Shown here: positions 1 through 11,644 of the stretch, in pieces | Numbering within the stretch: the first letter of the stretch is position 1 | Layout of the letters: every line of letters begins with the position of its first letter | NCBI GenBank assembly: GCA_963750165.1 | Contig: CAVVPN010000004.1 | Coordinates: forward strand, 128,001 to 192,000 | Reading direction: 5' to 3' | DNA length: 64,000 bases | Origin: an uncultured Gemmataceae bacterium | Lineage (GTDB): Bacteria > Planctomycetota > Planctomycetia > Gemmatales > Gemmataceae | Program-made: the position numbers and the translations under genes | The notes under the pieces: generated by a model | The model's input: only the letters and a program-made list of their open reading frames with translations | The model's database searches: none | Told to the model about the DNA's origin: nothing

Positions 1-5
1 TAGGC

Positions 6-2225
6 GTGGTCGCCCTGCTTGGGCCGAAGGGTCGAATGCCCGTGCTCATCCAGGGAAAAAGCGTTGAGGGCACGGCGGCCGGCGACACCTGGATTTGTTG
101 CCAGGGTCATTGGCCCAGCGGGGGCGGGGAAGCTTTGCTGGACTCCGGGATGGCTGACCGTCTCGGCCTGCACCCAGGAAACCGAGTCTTGCTCTGGGCG
201 CCTTCCGGGGCGGCGGAACTTTCCCTGGTGGGGCTGCTGCGGCCGGCGCGGCCACGCGCCATGGGTGGCAACCTGATCGTTACGTTCGAGACGGCACGCA
301 ACCTACTGGGGTTGGGCGCGCAAATCAACAACCTTGAGATTTCCCTCGACCGCGGGGCCGACCCGGATGCCGTCCGAAGAGCCCTCGAACGCCGTCTTCC
401 ACCAGGGTTGGTGGTAGCCGAGGTGGGCCACGGGGACCAGCTCGCCCGGGGGACACTGGCACCGACCGAGCAGGGACTTTCGGCACTGGGAACAGTGGCC
501 CTGGTGGCGGCTGCCTTTGTGTTGCTGAACACCGCGTTGTTGAGCCTTCATGAGCGCCGTCGAGACCTGGCCCTTTTGCGGGCACTCGGCACCGGCCGCT
601 GGCAACTCTGGTGGTTGCTCACCCGCGAGGCAGTGGTGCTGGCCGTCCCGGGCACCCTGGCCGGCCTGGGCCTCGGTCTGATGATGGCGTGGGGCCTTGT
701 CGCCGCCATGCGAGAGTTCCTGGATGCCCCGCTGGGGGGGCTGATCCTCACTCCTGAGCCCTTCCTGCTCGGTTCAGTGCTCGGGCCAGGACTGACCCTC
801 GGAACCGCCGCCGTCCCCGTCTGGTGGACCGGCCGCCACAGTCCCCTTGGCGACCTCCTCATGAAGAGGCCAGTCGCGAACCGCACCAGTGGCCTGCCGA
901 CCTGGTTGGACTGCGCCTTGCTGGGCGTGGGCCTCTGCCTGGCATTCGGCATTTGCCGAGGCTGGTTCCCGCCTACCGCGGCGGCCGGCATGTTCCCGTC
1001 AGTGTTGGTGATCCTCCTGGCCGGGAGCGCCTTGAGTGTTCCCCTGGTGACGACCCCTTTGCTCTGGCTCGCGGGCAAAGCGCCCCTGGGACTGGAGTTC
1101 CGACTCGCTGCTGGGCAACTCCTGCAGCGCCCGGGCGCACCCACCTCATTCTGGGAGTGCTCTTCCTGTCCGTGGTGGTGGCCGTGGGCTTTGGCCACGA
1201 GGTTGGAACCACGCTGCGCGACCTGAGGCAATGGTACCGGCACACTATCGTCGCAGATTTCCTGGTCCGCAGTAGCATGCCGGATACCACGTTCTCCCTG
1301 ACCACAGCCATGCCGGAAAGCCTTGGCGACGACCTCGCGCACTCGGTGCCGGGTGCCATCGTTGACCGGATTGCCTTTATCCCGGGCAAGGTAGGAGAAG
1401 AGCCTGCCCTGGTGATTGCCCGAACCTTCTTGCCCGGGGGACCGTTGCCATTGGACCTGCAGGGGGAGGACCCAGGGGCCGTCCTGGCCGGGTTGGAACG
1501 CGGCGAGGTGGTGCTGGGGACGGCGCTACGCGCGGCGGCTTGGCGTGTCTCGCGGCGGGGTGGTCCAGGTAGCCACACGGTACGGTCCGCACGCCTGTCG
1601 GGTGGCGGGCCTGACCAGGGAGTTCGCTGCCGGAGGCTCTGCCCTGTACCTCAACTGGGACCACGGCCGGGATCTGCTGGGGGTTAACGGGCCTCACGTC
1701 TTCCTGGTCCGTTTGCCACACGGGGAACCGGCGGTGGGCGCGCTATGGGATTTCTGTGAGAGCCGCCATTTGATGCTGGAGTCCAACGCCCAACTGGCCC
1801 ACCAGATCGATCAACTGGTGGCGCGCGCCGCCGCGGCTCTGTGGTCACTCCTCGCAGTGGCGTTCCTCGTCACCGGCCTGGGGATCCTTAACACCTTGAC
1901 CGTGAACGTCGCTGAGCAGGCCAGGGATTTCGGATTGCTACGCGCCCTGGGGTTGACTCGACTGCAGACGTGTTGGGTGGTCCTGGGCCAGGCCCTCCTG
2001 CTTGGCATGGCCGGATTGCTGCCGGGTCTTCCTGTGGGTCTGGTGCTGGCCTGGTTCATGCGCCACGGCGCGGTGGGCGGCGGAGGGAACACCTGCGTCA
2101 ATCCCGATCCTACGGTCCTGATTGGAACGGCCGTGGGGACACTCGTGGTCACCGTGGTGGCGACGCTTGGGCCGGTCCTCCGTGTCAGCCGGCGGTTGAG
2201 CATGGAGATGTTGGCAGATTCCTGA
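6..2225 (+). CDS. ABC transporter permease, FtsX/MacB-like with two permease domains; 5' end lies outside the window, two frameshifts (~1135, ~1528)
   Basis: ORFs 6..1226, 824..1687 and 1416..2225 join into one protein. FtsX motifs NTALLSLHERRRDLALLRALG and NTLTVNVAEQARDFGLLRALG, each followed by hydrophobic helices. Confidence 0.85.
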
Positions 2226-2518
2226 ATCGTCCCCGCGCTGTCAACATTTGAGGTGACAACGCCCCGAGAGTCGTCAGTGGTTGGAGTAATGGCAACCAGG
2301 CCACACTGGGACAGTTCGCATCAAATCCCTGTCGAGTAGCTGAGGCGGACGAGCGGCTGCGTCCAGGAGCCTTGAGCACCCCCGTTTGGCTGGGCTGAGC
2401 GTGTTCGGAATGCTGGATCGACCGCGGGTTCGGCGCGACGCCGAGTTACCCATCACCACCTGCACCCGGCCATTGACCCAGGCGGTCGATCAGCCGCGAC
2501 CGTGTTCTACGGGACTGA

Positions 2519-2594
2519 ACCGCTACGCCGCAAGCGGCGGAACGATGGGGCCGGCGCTTCAACCCGTCTGTTCCGCCGCTTGCGGCGTAGCGGT
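2519..2594. repeat. REP-like palindrome, CGCTA(C/A)GCCGCAAGCGGC family
   Basis: Arms accgctacgccgcaagcggcggaac / gttccgccgcttgcggcgtagcggt between convergent genes. Related copy at 23847-23926. Confidence 0.85.
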
Positions 2595-2596
2595 CC

Positions 2597-4708
2597 TTAC
2601 TTGCCCTTCGGCGGCGTGCGCGACAGCAGCAGCAGCGTGCCGGCCGTGGCCACGAACGTCCGCGGCCGCGCCTTCTCGGCGTCGGCGACCACCATGCCGT
2701 TCTGGGCCACCTTGAGCCGGGCCCCCAGGCACAGTTGCAGGTCCTGCCCCTGGAAGCGATAAATGCCCGGCTCCTGGAACCCCGGTTTGGGCGGAAACAC
2801 GTCGAACTTCTTCGGCTCCACGAGCGGATCGATCTTGAGGAAGCACGTCTCGGCCCCGCCGTCGCCGCCGTGGTGCAGCGTCACGGTCTGGCCGACCACG
2901 ACCACCTTCAGCCCCACCGGATAGGCCGCGCCCTTGCCGGCCGCCGAAGTCGTTTTGACATACCAGGTGCCCTGCAACAATTCCTGCTCTTTCTTGAGAA
3001 TGGCCACCACGTCCACCACCGGCTTCGGCGCCGCCGGCTTCTCCAGGATGCGCACGTCCTGCACGACGCTCGGGCCGGCACTGGACTTGACCTTGAACTG
3101 GGCCACGCCCTTACGCTCCGCACGCACTTTCCAGGTCACCGCCGTGAGCGGATTGGCCACCGTATCCTTATCGGGGGGCAGCATGACGACGGCCCGGGTG
3201 GCGTCACCCTCAATGACCAGGCCCTTCGGCACCGCCAGCGTCAACTTCTGCCCCGGCTTCGCCGCCGCCACCAGCGCCACCACCTCCGCCTGGCCGCCCT
3301 CGTAGAGCTGGCCGCCGACCACCAGGCCCAGCGCGCCAGTCTTGTCGCCGGCGTAGTTGCCCAGGCCGTAGCTGAAGCCGACCTCGCGCTTCGCCCCGGG
3401 TGCCAGCGGCTTCGCGTCCCAGTACAGCACGGCGGCCGAGTCCGGCGGCGTCAACGCCTTCATGGACACCAGCGGCACGTTCCACTGCGTCTTCTCGCCG
3501 CCAGCCTCCTTCAGCCCCAGCATCGGGCTCGGCCACGCCCCCAGCGTCACCCGCGTCGGCGCCTCCACCGTCCCGCCCAGCTTCAGCTTGACGCTCGCCA
3601 CCGTGCCCGGATCCTGCAGCCGTTTCGGGTTCTCCAGCGCTTGCAGAAACGGCGGTATCTGCTCGCCCTTCAGGTCGAGCAGCGTTTCGCACAGCGCCGT
3701 GTGGCCGGGCACCACGAACGGCGCCCCGTCGTTGGTGCCGATGTAGGTGTCCAGCAGAAACCGCAGCCCCACCTTGTAATCCCGTTTCTTGCTGGTGTTC
3801 TCGATGGTGTACAGCACCTGGCAGGTGTCGAGCTTGCGCGTCTGTTCGCCGCGCACCAGCTCGACCGTTTGCGTCACGCGGATGGGCAGGTCGTCGGTCG
3901 TCCACACCGAGCGGGCGCCGATGCGGTCGCGACCCAGCGGCAGTTTCTGCACCTCCCAGCGGCCGCCGCTCACGCCCAGCACCAGTTCCACACCATCGAC
4001 CTTCAGACAGGTGTTGCAGGAGCGGCCCAGCGGGTCCGCCAGCAGACGCTTGAATTGACCCGGCTGCATCGGATCGGGTTGCGGCGGCAGCAGCTGCAGG
4101 CCGAAGCGCATCGTTGGCTCTTTCAGCATCGGGTCGCCTTCGTGGAACTGCAACTTGAGATACTGTTTGGTGTCGAAGACTTCCGGCACGTCGCGGATGG
4201 GCGGCATCGGATCCCGCTTGGCCGTGAGCGCGGCGAGGCGCTGCTTGACGGCCGCGGCGGACTCGCCCTGCAAGCCGGGCAGCGCCTTTTTGTACCAGTA
4301 CACGGCCCGCTCCTGTAGTCGCTGTTTCGCGTCGCCGGCCTCCGCCTGGGCCAGCTCCCACCAGTCGTCGGCCAGTTCGCGGCGGTGTTCGGGGTGGGTC
4401 GGGCCGCGCACGTCGGCGCGGGCCAGCAGCTTGTAGCGCTGATCGCTGCTCTTCATCAGGTAAGGCAGGCCACGGTCCCAGTCGCCCAGCACCAGGCACA
4501 GGTACTTGCCGGCGGTCAGGTTCGCGGGGCCGTCCGCGGGCGCCTTGGCCAGCACGGCGAGCGCCTTCTGGTACGCCGCCTCCGCCTGCTGTTTCTGCTT
4601 GTCGCCGACGGGCTGCGCGACGGCGCCGAGCCAGGCACCGCCCAGGAACAGGGCGGCCAGAATGAACACACGGCTGCAGCGGAGCGCGGCGGCCTCCAGT
4701 GACTTCAT
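2597..4708 (-). CDS. Secreted multidomain protein: helical domain + uncharacterised beta-rich domain + Ig-like domain + C-terminal TIGR03067 domain
   Basis: ATG at 4708 with GAGG RBS and signal-peptide-like N-terminus. C-terminal LQGTW...IDP..EPKKFD...GIYRF...LQLC matches the TIGR03067 pattern. The central domain is homologous to 26749-27867. Confidence 0.75.
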   Translation of the reverse strand: MKSLEAAALRCSRVFILAALFLGGAWLGAVAQPVGDKQKQQAEAAYQKALAVLAKAPADGPANLTAGKYLCLVLGDWDRGLPYLMKSSDQRYKLLARADVRGPTHPEHRRELADDWWELAQAEAGDAKQRLQERAVYWYKKALPGLQGESAAAVKQRLAALTAKRDPMPPIRDVPEVFDTKQYLKLQFHEGDPMLKEPTMRFGLQLLPPQPDPMQPGQFKRLLADPLGRSCNTCLKVDGVELVLGVSGGRWEVQKLPLGRDRIGARSVWTTDDLPIRVTQTVELVRGEQTRKLDTCQVLYTIENTSKKRDYKVGLRFLLDTYIGTNDGAPFVVPGHTALCETLLDLKGEQIPPFLQALENPKRLQDPGTVASVKLKLGGTVEAPTRVTLGAWPSPMLGLKEAGGEKTQWNVPLVSMKALTPPDSAAVLYWDAKPLAPGAKREVGFSYGLGNYAGDKTGALGLVVGGQLYEGGQAEVVALVAAAKPGQKLTLAVPKGLVIEGDATRAVVMLPPDKDTVANPLTAVTWKVRAERKGVAQFKVKSSAGPSVVQDVRILEKPAAPKPVVDVVAILKKEQELLQGTWYVKTTSAAGKGAAYPVGLKVVVVGQTVTLHHGGDGGAETCFLKIDPLVEPKKFDVFPPKPGFQEPGIYRFQGQDLQLCLGARLKVAQNGMVVADAEKARPRTFVATAGTLLLLSRTPPKGK

Positions 4709-5088
4709 GATGATTTCCTCGAAAACGGATCGCGTCGGGGCGGGGTTCGGGTGCTGGCTGTTCTCTGTCACTGTAGCGGCCCTGGCGGTCGCATTCAAGA
4801 AACTGTTGTGGCGCCGGGAGGGGCGTCTGCGCGAGTAGGGAGGGCATACCGGGCGGTGTCAAGCCGTGCCAGGGCGTCTGGTCTCGATGTACAAAAGTTT
4901 GGCACCCTTGGCACCCTTGCGCGGCCTGGCAATCGCCGGCACGCCGGGAAGCGTGCGTCCCGTCCCGAAACGGATTTCCAGAATTTTGTCCGGCAGGCCC
5001 TTGCTTGCCAGGGTGCGGACGCGGTAACATTGAATTTCACAATCACTCACTTCCCCCCGAGCTGTCCGATAATGCGAGGAGTTGAGGC

Positions 5089-6739
5089 ATGCAGGCGACT
5101 ACCAACGGCGCTGCGAAAACCTCGATGAACGAGGCCAACGAGCGCGACCCTTTCAACAACAACTCATACGGCACCATCGTCGATGGCGGCTACAAGCTGA
5201 TCAGCCTGCCGGTGCTGGATGTGCATGACTTCAACGAGCGCATCATCCGCGGCTACGAGGAGGGCTGGGGCGAGCACGACCTGCCGGCGGACCTGTCCAC
5301 GGCCCGCTCGCTGGTGCCCGCCGGCACCGCCACGCTGCGCGACTTCAGCAACATCGCTCCGGAAATCCCCGAATACATCCCCGAGAACTGCACCGGCTGC
5401 ATGGACTGCGTGACCGAGTGCCCCGACACCGCCATTCTCGGCAAGGTGCTCTCCGAGTCCGAGTGGCAGGAGAAGCTCCAGGCCATTCCCGAGGCGGATC
5501 GCGAGGCGTTCGCCAAGCTGTGGTCGAAGACCAAGAAGTACTATGACGCCGGCAAGAAGAAGGTCGGCGAAGGCGGCATGTTCCAGATCATCATCGACCC
5601 GTCCAAATGCAAGGGTTGCGCGGAGTGCGTCACCGTCTGCGACGACCTGGCGCTGAAGATGATCGAGAAGACCGACGACATCATGCTGTGGTCGCGCAAG
5701 GCGCACCGCTACTTCAAGAACCTTGGCCCGTCCAACGACAAGTACATCAGCGACAGCCTGCTGATCGACATGATGCTCAAGGAGAAGACGCACATTTACG
5801 TCGGCGGCGCCGGCTCGTGCGCCGGCTGCGGCGAGGGCACCGCGCTGCGGATGATGTGCTCCGCCACCGGCTCGAAGTACGGCGACCAGTGGGGCATCGT
5901 CGCCGCCACCGGCTGCAACACCGTGTACACCTCCACTTACCCCTACAACCCCTACCTGGTGCCGTGGACGAACTCGCTGTTCGAGAACGCGCCGGCGGAC
6001 GCCATCGGCGTGCGCATGCGCTGGGACCAGATGGGCTGGCAGGACAGGCCCATCTGGTGCATCGGCGGCGACGGCGCCATGTTCGACATCGGTTTCCAGG
6101 CGCTGTCGCGCATGCTGGCGAGCGGCCACAACATCAAGGTGCTCGTGCTGGACACGCAGGTGTATTCCAACACCGGCGGTCAGGCGTCCACGTCGAGCTA
6201 CACCGGCCAGAACACGAAGATGTCGGTGCATGGCAAGGCGGTGGCCGGCAAGCAGGAGCGGCGCAAGGAGATCGCGCAGATCGCCATGATGCACCCGCGC
6301 ACCTTCGTGGCCCAGACGACCTGTGCCCACGTCAACCACTTCTACAAGTCGGTGCTGGGGGCGCTGGAGTTCGACGGCCCGGCGCTGGTGGTGTGCTACA
6401 CGACCTGTCAGCCGGAGCACGGCGTCGGCGACAACATGGCCGGCGAGCAGGCCCGGTTGGCGGTGGACACGCGGGCCTTCCCGCTGCTGATCTTCGACCC
6501 CCGCAAGGGCGACAAGCTCAAGGAGCGGCTGTCGCTGCAGGGCAACCCCGGCGTGAAGGACGACTGGTACGTCAACCCCAAGACCAAGGAAGAGGTGACG
6601 TTCATCGACTTCGCGCAGCGAGGGCCGTTTCGCCAAGCACTTCGACAAGGACGGCAACCCGTCACCGACGCTGCTGCACGCGAAGCAGGATCGGCTGGAG
6701 AACTGGCATCTGTTGCAGGAGCTGGCGGGGCTCCGTTGA
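5089..6739 (+). CDS. 2-oxoacid (pyruvate):ferredoxin oxidoreductase, fused 4Fe-4S ferredoxin and TPP-binding beta subunit; frameshift ~6615
   Basis: CTGCMDCVTECP and CKGCAECVTVC clusters, GSCAGCGE, ATGC, TPP motif GGDGAMFDIG, DTQVYSNTGGQAS. The C-terminus continues in another frame (EGRFAKHFD...LQELAGLR*). Confidence 0.9.
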
Positions 6740-6747
6740 ACCAGCGG

Positions 6748-6835
6748 TCAGAAGTCAGAGGTCCGAAAGACAGAAAAGCCAGCCTGACCTCTGACCTCTG
6801 ACCTCTGACCTCTGTCCTCTGACCTCTGATTTCTG
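6748..6835. repeat. Heptamer (TGACCTC)n tandem array with a shorter inverted arm
   Basis: ctgacctctgacctctgacctctgacctctgtcctctgacctctg at 6784-6828. Inverted tcagaagtcagaggtc at 6748-6763. Confidence 0.85.
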
Positions 6836-6838
6836 GTC

Positions 6839-7156
6839 ATGAACGCACCGAAGGCCACTCACGACTACGCCCCACAAGGGCTCGCCGCGGCGCTGGAGTT
6901 TTTGAAGCGCATCCGCTCCGAGTTGCGCGCCCTGCGCTGGGTGCGCGTCGGGAAAGATTTTTTGCGTGTCATTGATGTCAACCACGATTACTTCGAGGTG
7001 CGCGGCATCAGCTACCGCGACGCCGATGTGATCGCGTTGTTGCAGAACCTCAACGCGGCCTTCAACCCGGAAACGGTTCACCACGACACCGACGCGGAAT
7101 TCAAGGAGTTCGGCGTCGGCAAGTGCGTCCCCTGGGCGTATGACCGCGTGATGTGA
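6839..7156 (+). CDS. Hypothetical protein (105 aa)
   Basis: Codon usage typical of the window, co-directional with the oxidoreductase gene, no recognisable motif. Confidence 0.65.
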   Translation: MNAPKATHDYAPQGLAAALEFLKRIRSELRALRWVRVGKDFLRVIDVNHDYFEVRGISYRDADVIALLQNLNAAFNPETVHHDTDAEFKEFGVGKCVPWAYDRVM

Positions 7157-7199
7157 AATCGCTCGCCCCATCCCTCTCCCTGGAGATCGAGTCCTCGCC

Positions 7200-7628
7200 A
7201 TGACGACATCCACGTTAACCGAACAGGCCGCGACCAACACGGTGCTGGTGGACCTGGAAATGCTGCAAGGCACCTGGGTCACCATTTCCGGACGGCGCGA
7301 GGCGGAGCTGCTCTTCGCCGGCCATCACTTCACCGTCCGCTTCCTGGACGGCGACCTCTACATGGGCACCATCGCCCTGAGCCTGGACGGCCACCCGAAG
7401 GTCATGGAAATGACCATCGACGAGGGGCCGTCGCACCACCAGGGGAAGGTCGCCTGTTGCCTGTACGACCTGGCACCCGACGCCCTGCGCTGGTGCGCCC
7501 CCGACCCTGGCTCAGGCGACCGGCCGCGCTGCTTCCCGCCGTTGCAGGACCGGCGCTTCCTGACACTGCTCTTCCGCCGCGAACAGCCGCTGCCGCGCAA
7601 GGACTGGGTGCCGGACAAGCCGCGCTAG
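7200..7628 (+). CDS. TIGR03067 domain protein, no signal peptide
   Basis: DLEMLQGTW...GHPKVMEMTI..GP..G....CLYDL..DALRWC..PG..RP..F pattern. Confidence 0.8.
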   Translation: MTTSTLTEQAATNTVLVDLEMLQGTWVTISGRREAELLFAGHHFTVRFLDGDLYMGTIALSLDGHPKVMEMTIDEGPSHHQGKVACCLYDLAPDALRWCAPDPGSGDRPRCFPPLQDRRFLTLLFRREQPLPRKDWVPDKPR

Positions 7629-7681
7629 GCCTCGGAGATGGGGCGCTGGGTGGCGCTTCCAGGGCGGGGAAGCGGCAGACC

Positions 7682-7774
7682 TGGGTATTGCCCGGTCACG
7701 GCCAGCGCGTGCAACTGCCGCAGGATGAGATGCGGCGGCAACTGGCAGCGCTGGTGGCGCGGATGCAGGGTTGA
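7682..7774 (+). pseudogene. 3' remnant of an MBL-fold metallo-hydrolase gene
   Basis: Translates WVLPGHGQRVQLPQDEMRRQLAALVARMQG*, containing the PGHG motif. No upstream part is present. Confidence 0.55.
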
Positions 7775-7799
7775 ACGATTGCCAGGTCCGAACGCCTGG

Positions 7800-7858
7800 T
7801 CCGAGCCCGAGCGCCAGCGCGGGGCCTGCTTGGCCCCGCGCTGGCGCTCGGGCTCGGA
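7800..7858. repeat. 27-bp-arm palindrome (REP-like or bidirectional terminator)
   Basis: tccgagcccgagcgccagcgcggggcc / ggccccgcgctggcgctcgggctcgga between convergent genes. Confidence 0.85.
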
Positions 7859-7863
7859 GCGTA

Positions 7864-10721
7864 TCAACCCGTGACCGGCACCGGTACGTCGGCCAGCACT
7901 TCGCGGAGCACCGCGAGGTCCACCGGCTTGACGAGGTGGCGGTCGAAGCCGGCGTCGCGGCTGCGGCGCCGGTCCTCTTCCTGTCCGTAGCCGGTCATCG
8001 CCACCAACCGCACACCGCGGCCGAACTCGTCGCGCAGTTGCCGCGCCACCTCATAGCCGTCCACGCCGGGCAGGCCGATGTCCAGCAGCACCAGCTGGGG
8101 TCGGATGCTCAGTGCCGCCTTCAGCCCCGACTGGCCATCGTGGGCGGTGCGCACCTCATGGCCCCAGCTCCGCAGCAGCAGGGCCAGGCTGTCCGCGGAG
8201 TCGCGGTTGTCGTCCACCACCAGCACGCTGAGGGAAGAGACGGCGTTGGGGCGCGGCGTGCCGGCGTCGGCTGCCAGGGGGGCCGGCCGCAGCGGCGCCT
8301 TGCCGACCGGCAGGCGCACGACGAACTCGCTGCCCTGGCCCGGCCCCGCACTGTGCGCCGCGACCGAACCGCCGTGCAACTCCACCAGCGTCTTGACCAG
8401 CGTCAGACCGATGCCCAGGCCGCCCTGCGCCGGTCCAGCGTGCGGTCGGCCTGGGTGAACAGCTCGAAGACGTGCGGCAGCACATGCGCCGGGATGCCGA
8501 AGCCCGTGTCGCGCACCCGCACCACCACCTCACCGCCGTGCCGCTCCGCCTCCAGCCAGACGGCGCCGCCGCGCTCCGTGTACTTGGCCGCGTTGTTCAG
8601 CAGGTTGGCGAAGACCTGCTCCAGCCGGGTCGGGTCTCCCTCGACGGGCACCGATTCATCCGGCAGCGCCAGCGTCAAGCGATGGCGGTTGGCCTCCATC
8701 AGCGGCCGCGTCGATTCCATCGCCCGCTGCAGCAGTGTAGCCAGGTCCAGCGGTTCGGTGCGCAGCTGGATCTTGCCGCGGGTGATGCGGCTCACGTCGA
8801 GCAGGTCATCGACCAGCCGCACCATCGTCTGCACCTGCCGTTCCACCATGGCGCCGGCCTGCTCGGCCACCTCGGCCTCGGTGTCGGGGTGCCGCAGCAG
8901 GTGCAGGGCGGTGCGAATGGGCGCCAGCGGGTTACGCAGCTCGTGGGCCAGCATCGCCAGGAACTCGTCCTTGCGGCGGTCGGCCAGGCGCAGTTCCCGG
9001 TACAGCCGGGCGTTCTCGATGGCGATGGTGGCGCGGTGGGCCAGGTCCTCCGCCAGAACCAGGTCGGCCTGGCCAAAGTGCCGGCCCGACTCCGCCGCCG
9101 CGAAGGTCAGCGCCCCCAGCGGCCGGCCGCGCGCCCGCAGCGGCACACACAGATACGAGCGCACGCCGACCGCTTGCAGCGGCAACAAAGGCTCGACGGC
9201 CCCCGACCCGGCCGCCGCCAGCGCCTCGATGATGTCCGGCACGACCTCCGACTGGCCAGCCCGCACCACGCGCAGCGGGCCGCTGGGCCGCGCGGCGTCG
9301 GCTGGGTAGCGGGTGAGCAGCTCGCGGACCAGTTCGGCCCGGCCCGGGTCCACGTCGGCGACCGCCAGCCGTCGCAGGGCGCCGTCCTCCTCGAGCATGT
9401 CCACGGCGCACAGGTCCGCGAAGGCGGGCACTGCCAGGTTGGCCACCTGTTGCAGCGTGCTCTGGTAATCGACCAGCGCCGCCAACCGGGCGCTGGCGTC
9501 CGCCAGGAAGCGCGTGGTCTGTTCGGCGCGCTTGCGCTCGTCGATGTCGGTGCTGGTGCCGTACCACTCCACGACCCGGCCGGTGCGGTCGCGCAGCGGC
9601 AGGGCGCGCGTCAGGAACCAGCGGTAGTTGCCGTCCCGGCCGCGCAGCCGTTGCTCGACCTGATACTCCTCGCCCGCGGCCGCCGCCCACTCCCAGGCCG
9701 ACAGCGTCGCGTGGATGTCCGCCGGGTGCAGCACGGTCGCCCAGCCGTCGGCCTGCGCCTCCGCCGGCGTCATGCCCGTGTAGTGCAGCCAGCGCGGATT
9801 GCAGTAGTCCAGAGTGCCGTCCGGCCGACTTGACCAGACCAGCTGCGGCACCACTTCGGTCAGCAGGCGAAAGCGTTCCTCGCTCTCGCGCAGGGCCTCG
9901 GTGGCCTGGCGGCGCTCGGTGATGTCGCGGAAGTTGACGACCAGGGCCGCGACCGCCGGCTCGCCGAGCAGGTTGGTGCCGACACACTCGACCCAGCGCC
10001 ACGAGCCGTCCTTGTGCCGCACGCGCATCTCCGAGGTGACCGTCGCCCCCGGCCGGCGCGCCAGGTCGGCCAGGCGGCCGACGACACCGGCCACGTCGTC
10101 GAGATGGACGACCTCGAAGCCGCTGCGGCCGACGAACTCGTCCGGTTCGTAGCCGAGCACGCGGCGGCTGGAGGGACTGTTGTACAGCACGGTGCCGTCG
10201 GCCGCGAGGAGCGTGACCGCGTCGGTGCTGTACTCGGTGAGGGCGCGAAAGCGGGCGTTCTCCTCGGCCAGCTTGCGCTCGAACTCGTGGCGCTCCAGCT
10301 GGCGAATCTGCTCGGCCTTCTGAAAGAGGTCGATGAAGACGGCCACCTTGCGCGCAGGATCACCGGCACCAGCGGCTTGACGAGGTAGTCCACGGCGCCG
10401 AGGGCGTAGGCCTCCTCCAGGAAGCTTTGCGGCGCCTCGTGGGCGGTGAGGAAAATGATGGGGGTATGCCGGGAGCGCTCGTCGAGCGCGGAGCCGGCGA
10501 GCCGTCTCGAAGCCGTCCAGGCCGTGCATATGCACGTCGAGCAGGACGACGGCGAAGTCCTGCTCCGCCAGCAGACGCAGGGCTTCTTCGCCGCTGCCGG
10601 TCTTGACCAGGGAGTGGCCCAGGTCGCCCAGGACCGCCTCCAGGGCCAGCAGGTTAAACGGCTGGTCGTCCACCAGCAGGATGCTCGCCCTCGGGCTCAA
10701 GCGGGCCTGATCGTTTGCCAT
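7864..10721 (-). CDS. Hybrid sensor histidine kinase REC-PAS-PAS-GAF-HisKA-HATPase-REC; frameshifts ~10483, ~10350, ~8430
   Basis: ILLVDD...LLDVHM receiver, two PAS/PAC domains, H-box FLAMLAHELRNPL, N-box NLLNNAAKYT, G1 VRDTGFGI. C-terminal receiver VLVVDDN...LLDIGLP lies in ORF 7864..8385. Confidence 0.92.
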
Positions 10722-10876
10722 GTACGGTCCACATGTGCGAATGCCGTTCCAGGCTGGTGCGAGGGGGGTTGGAGCCTGGGATGTCGCTGCGTTCCTCGGG
10801 ACGGTACTATTTTACACGAAAGTGGGTGGCGGACAAAGGGAACCCGGCGGTCTGGGCCTCGGAGGTGAGGTAGGGC

Positions 10877-11644
10877 ATGTACGAATTCATCAACAGTTTG
10901 CTGGAGCCGTTCGTCCTGTTCTACCTGCTGACGCTGGCGGCGCTGCTCAACCTGTGGCGCAAGCCGCGCGCGCCGCGCGGCCGGTTGCTCCTGTTGACAG
11001 CCGCCTTCGCGGGGCTGACGGTGATCTGCAATCCGACGGTGGCGTACCTGGCGCTCGGTTCGCTGGAGTGGCGTTACCCACCCGCGGACGAGCGGCCGCC
11101 CGACGTGCAAGCCATCGTGGTGCTCGCCGCGGGCATATTGCCGCCGGACGGCCCGCGCGTCCGGGCGGAGCTGGACGCGGACAGCATGCAGCGCTGCCTG
11201 CACGCGGCGCGGCTCTACCACCAGGGGCCCGCCTGTCCGGTGCTTGTCAGCGGCGGCAAGGTCGATCCGGACACGCCCGGCCCGCCCGTGGCTCGCGTCA
11301 TGGCCGACTTCCTGATCCAGCTGGGCGTCAAGGAAGCGGACCTGATCCTGGAAGACGCCTCGCGCAACACCTATGAGAACGCGGTCGAGAGCGCGAAGCT
11401 GCTCCGGGAGCAGCGGCTTGACAGGGCGGTCCTGGTGACCGACGCGGTGGACATGTACCGGGCGGTGCGCTGCTTTCGCAAGCAGGGCGTTGAACTGATG
11501 CCGTCGCCGTGCCACTACCGGGTGACCACTTACGAGTTCACGTTCTTCGACCTGGTGCCGAACCCCGGGGCGGCCAGGAACTGTCACCGCGCCTGGCACG
11601 AGTGGCTCGGTGTTGTGTGGTACTGGGGGCGCGGGCGAATTTAG
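10877..11644 (+). CDS. YdcF/ElyC (DUF218) family membrane protein
   Basis: Two N-terminal TM segments; AIVVLAAG, VLVSGG, EDASRNTYENA, LVTDA..M.RA, HEWLG motifs. Confidence 0.9.
   Translation: MYEFINSLLEPFVLFYLLTLAALLNLWRKPRAPRGRLLLLTAAFAGLTVICNPTVAYLALGSLEWRYPPADERPPDVQAIVVLAAGILPPDGPRVRAELDADSMQRCLHAARLYHQGPACPVLVSGGKVDPDTPGPPVARVMADFLIQLGVKEADLILEDASRNTYENAVESAKLLREQRLDRAVLVTDAVDMYRAVRCFRKQGVELMPSPCHYRVTTYEFTFFDLVPNPGAARNCHRAWHEWLGVVWYWGRGRI

Noticed and set aside
2226..2518. ncRNA or gene fragment after the ABC permease
   Set aside because: No recognisable RNA motif or protein similarity by eye.
4899..5008. Sigma-54 promoters at ttggcacccttgc and cggcaggcccttgc
   Set aside because: GG-to-GC spacing is not the required 10 nt.
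5025..5043. Rex/CRP/FNR box upstream of the oxidoreductase (TTCACAA half-site)
   Set aside because: No matching left half-site at the required spacing.
6784..6835. Short tandem arrays (also 24967, 48958, 59317) as CRISPR arrays
   Set aside because: Units are 7-10 bp with no unique spacers, and there are no cas genes.
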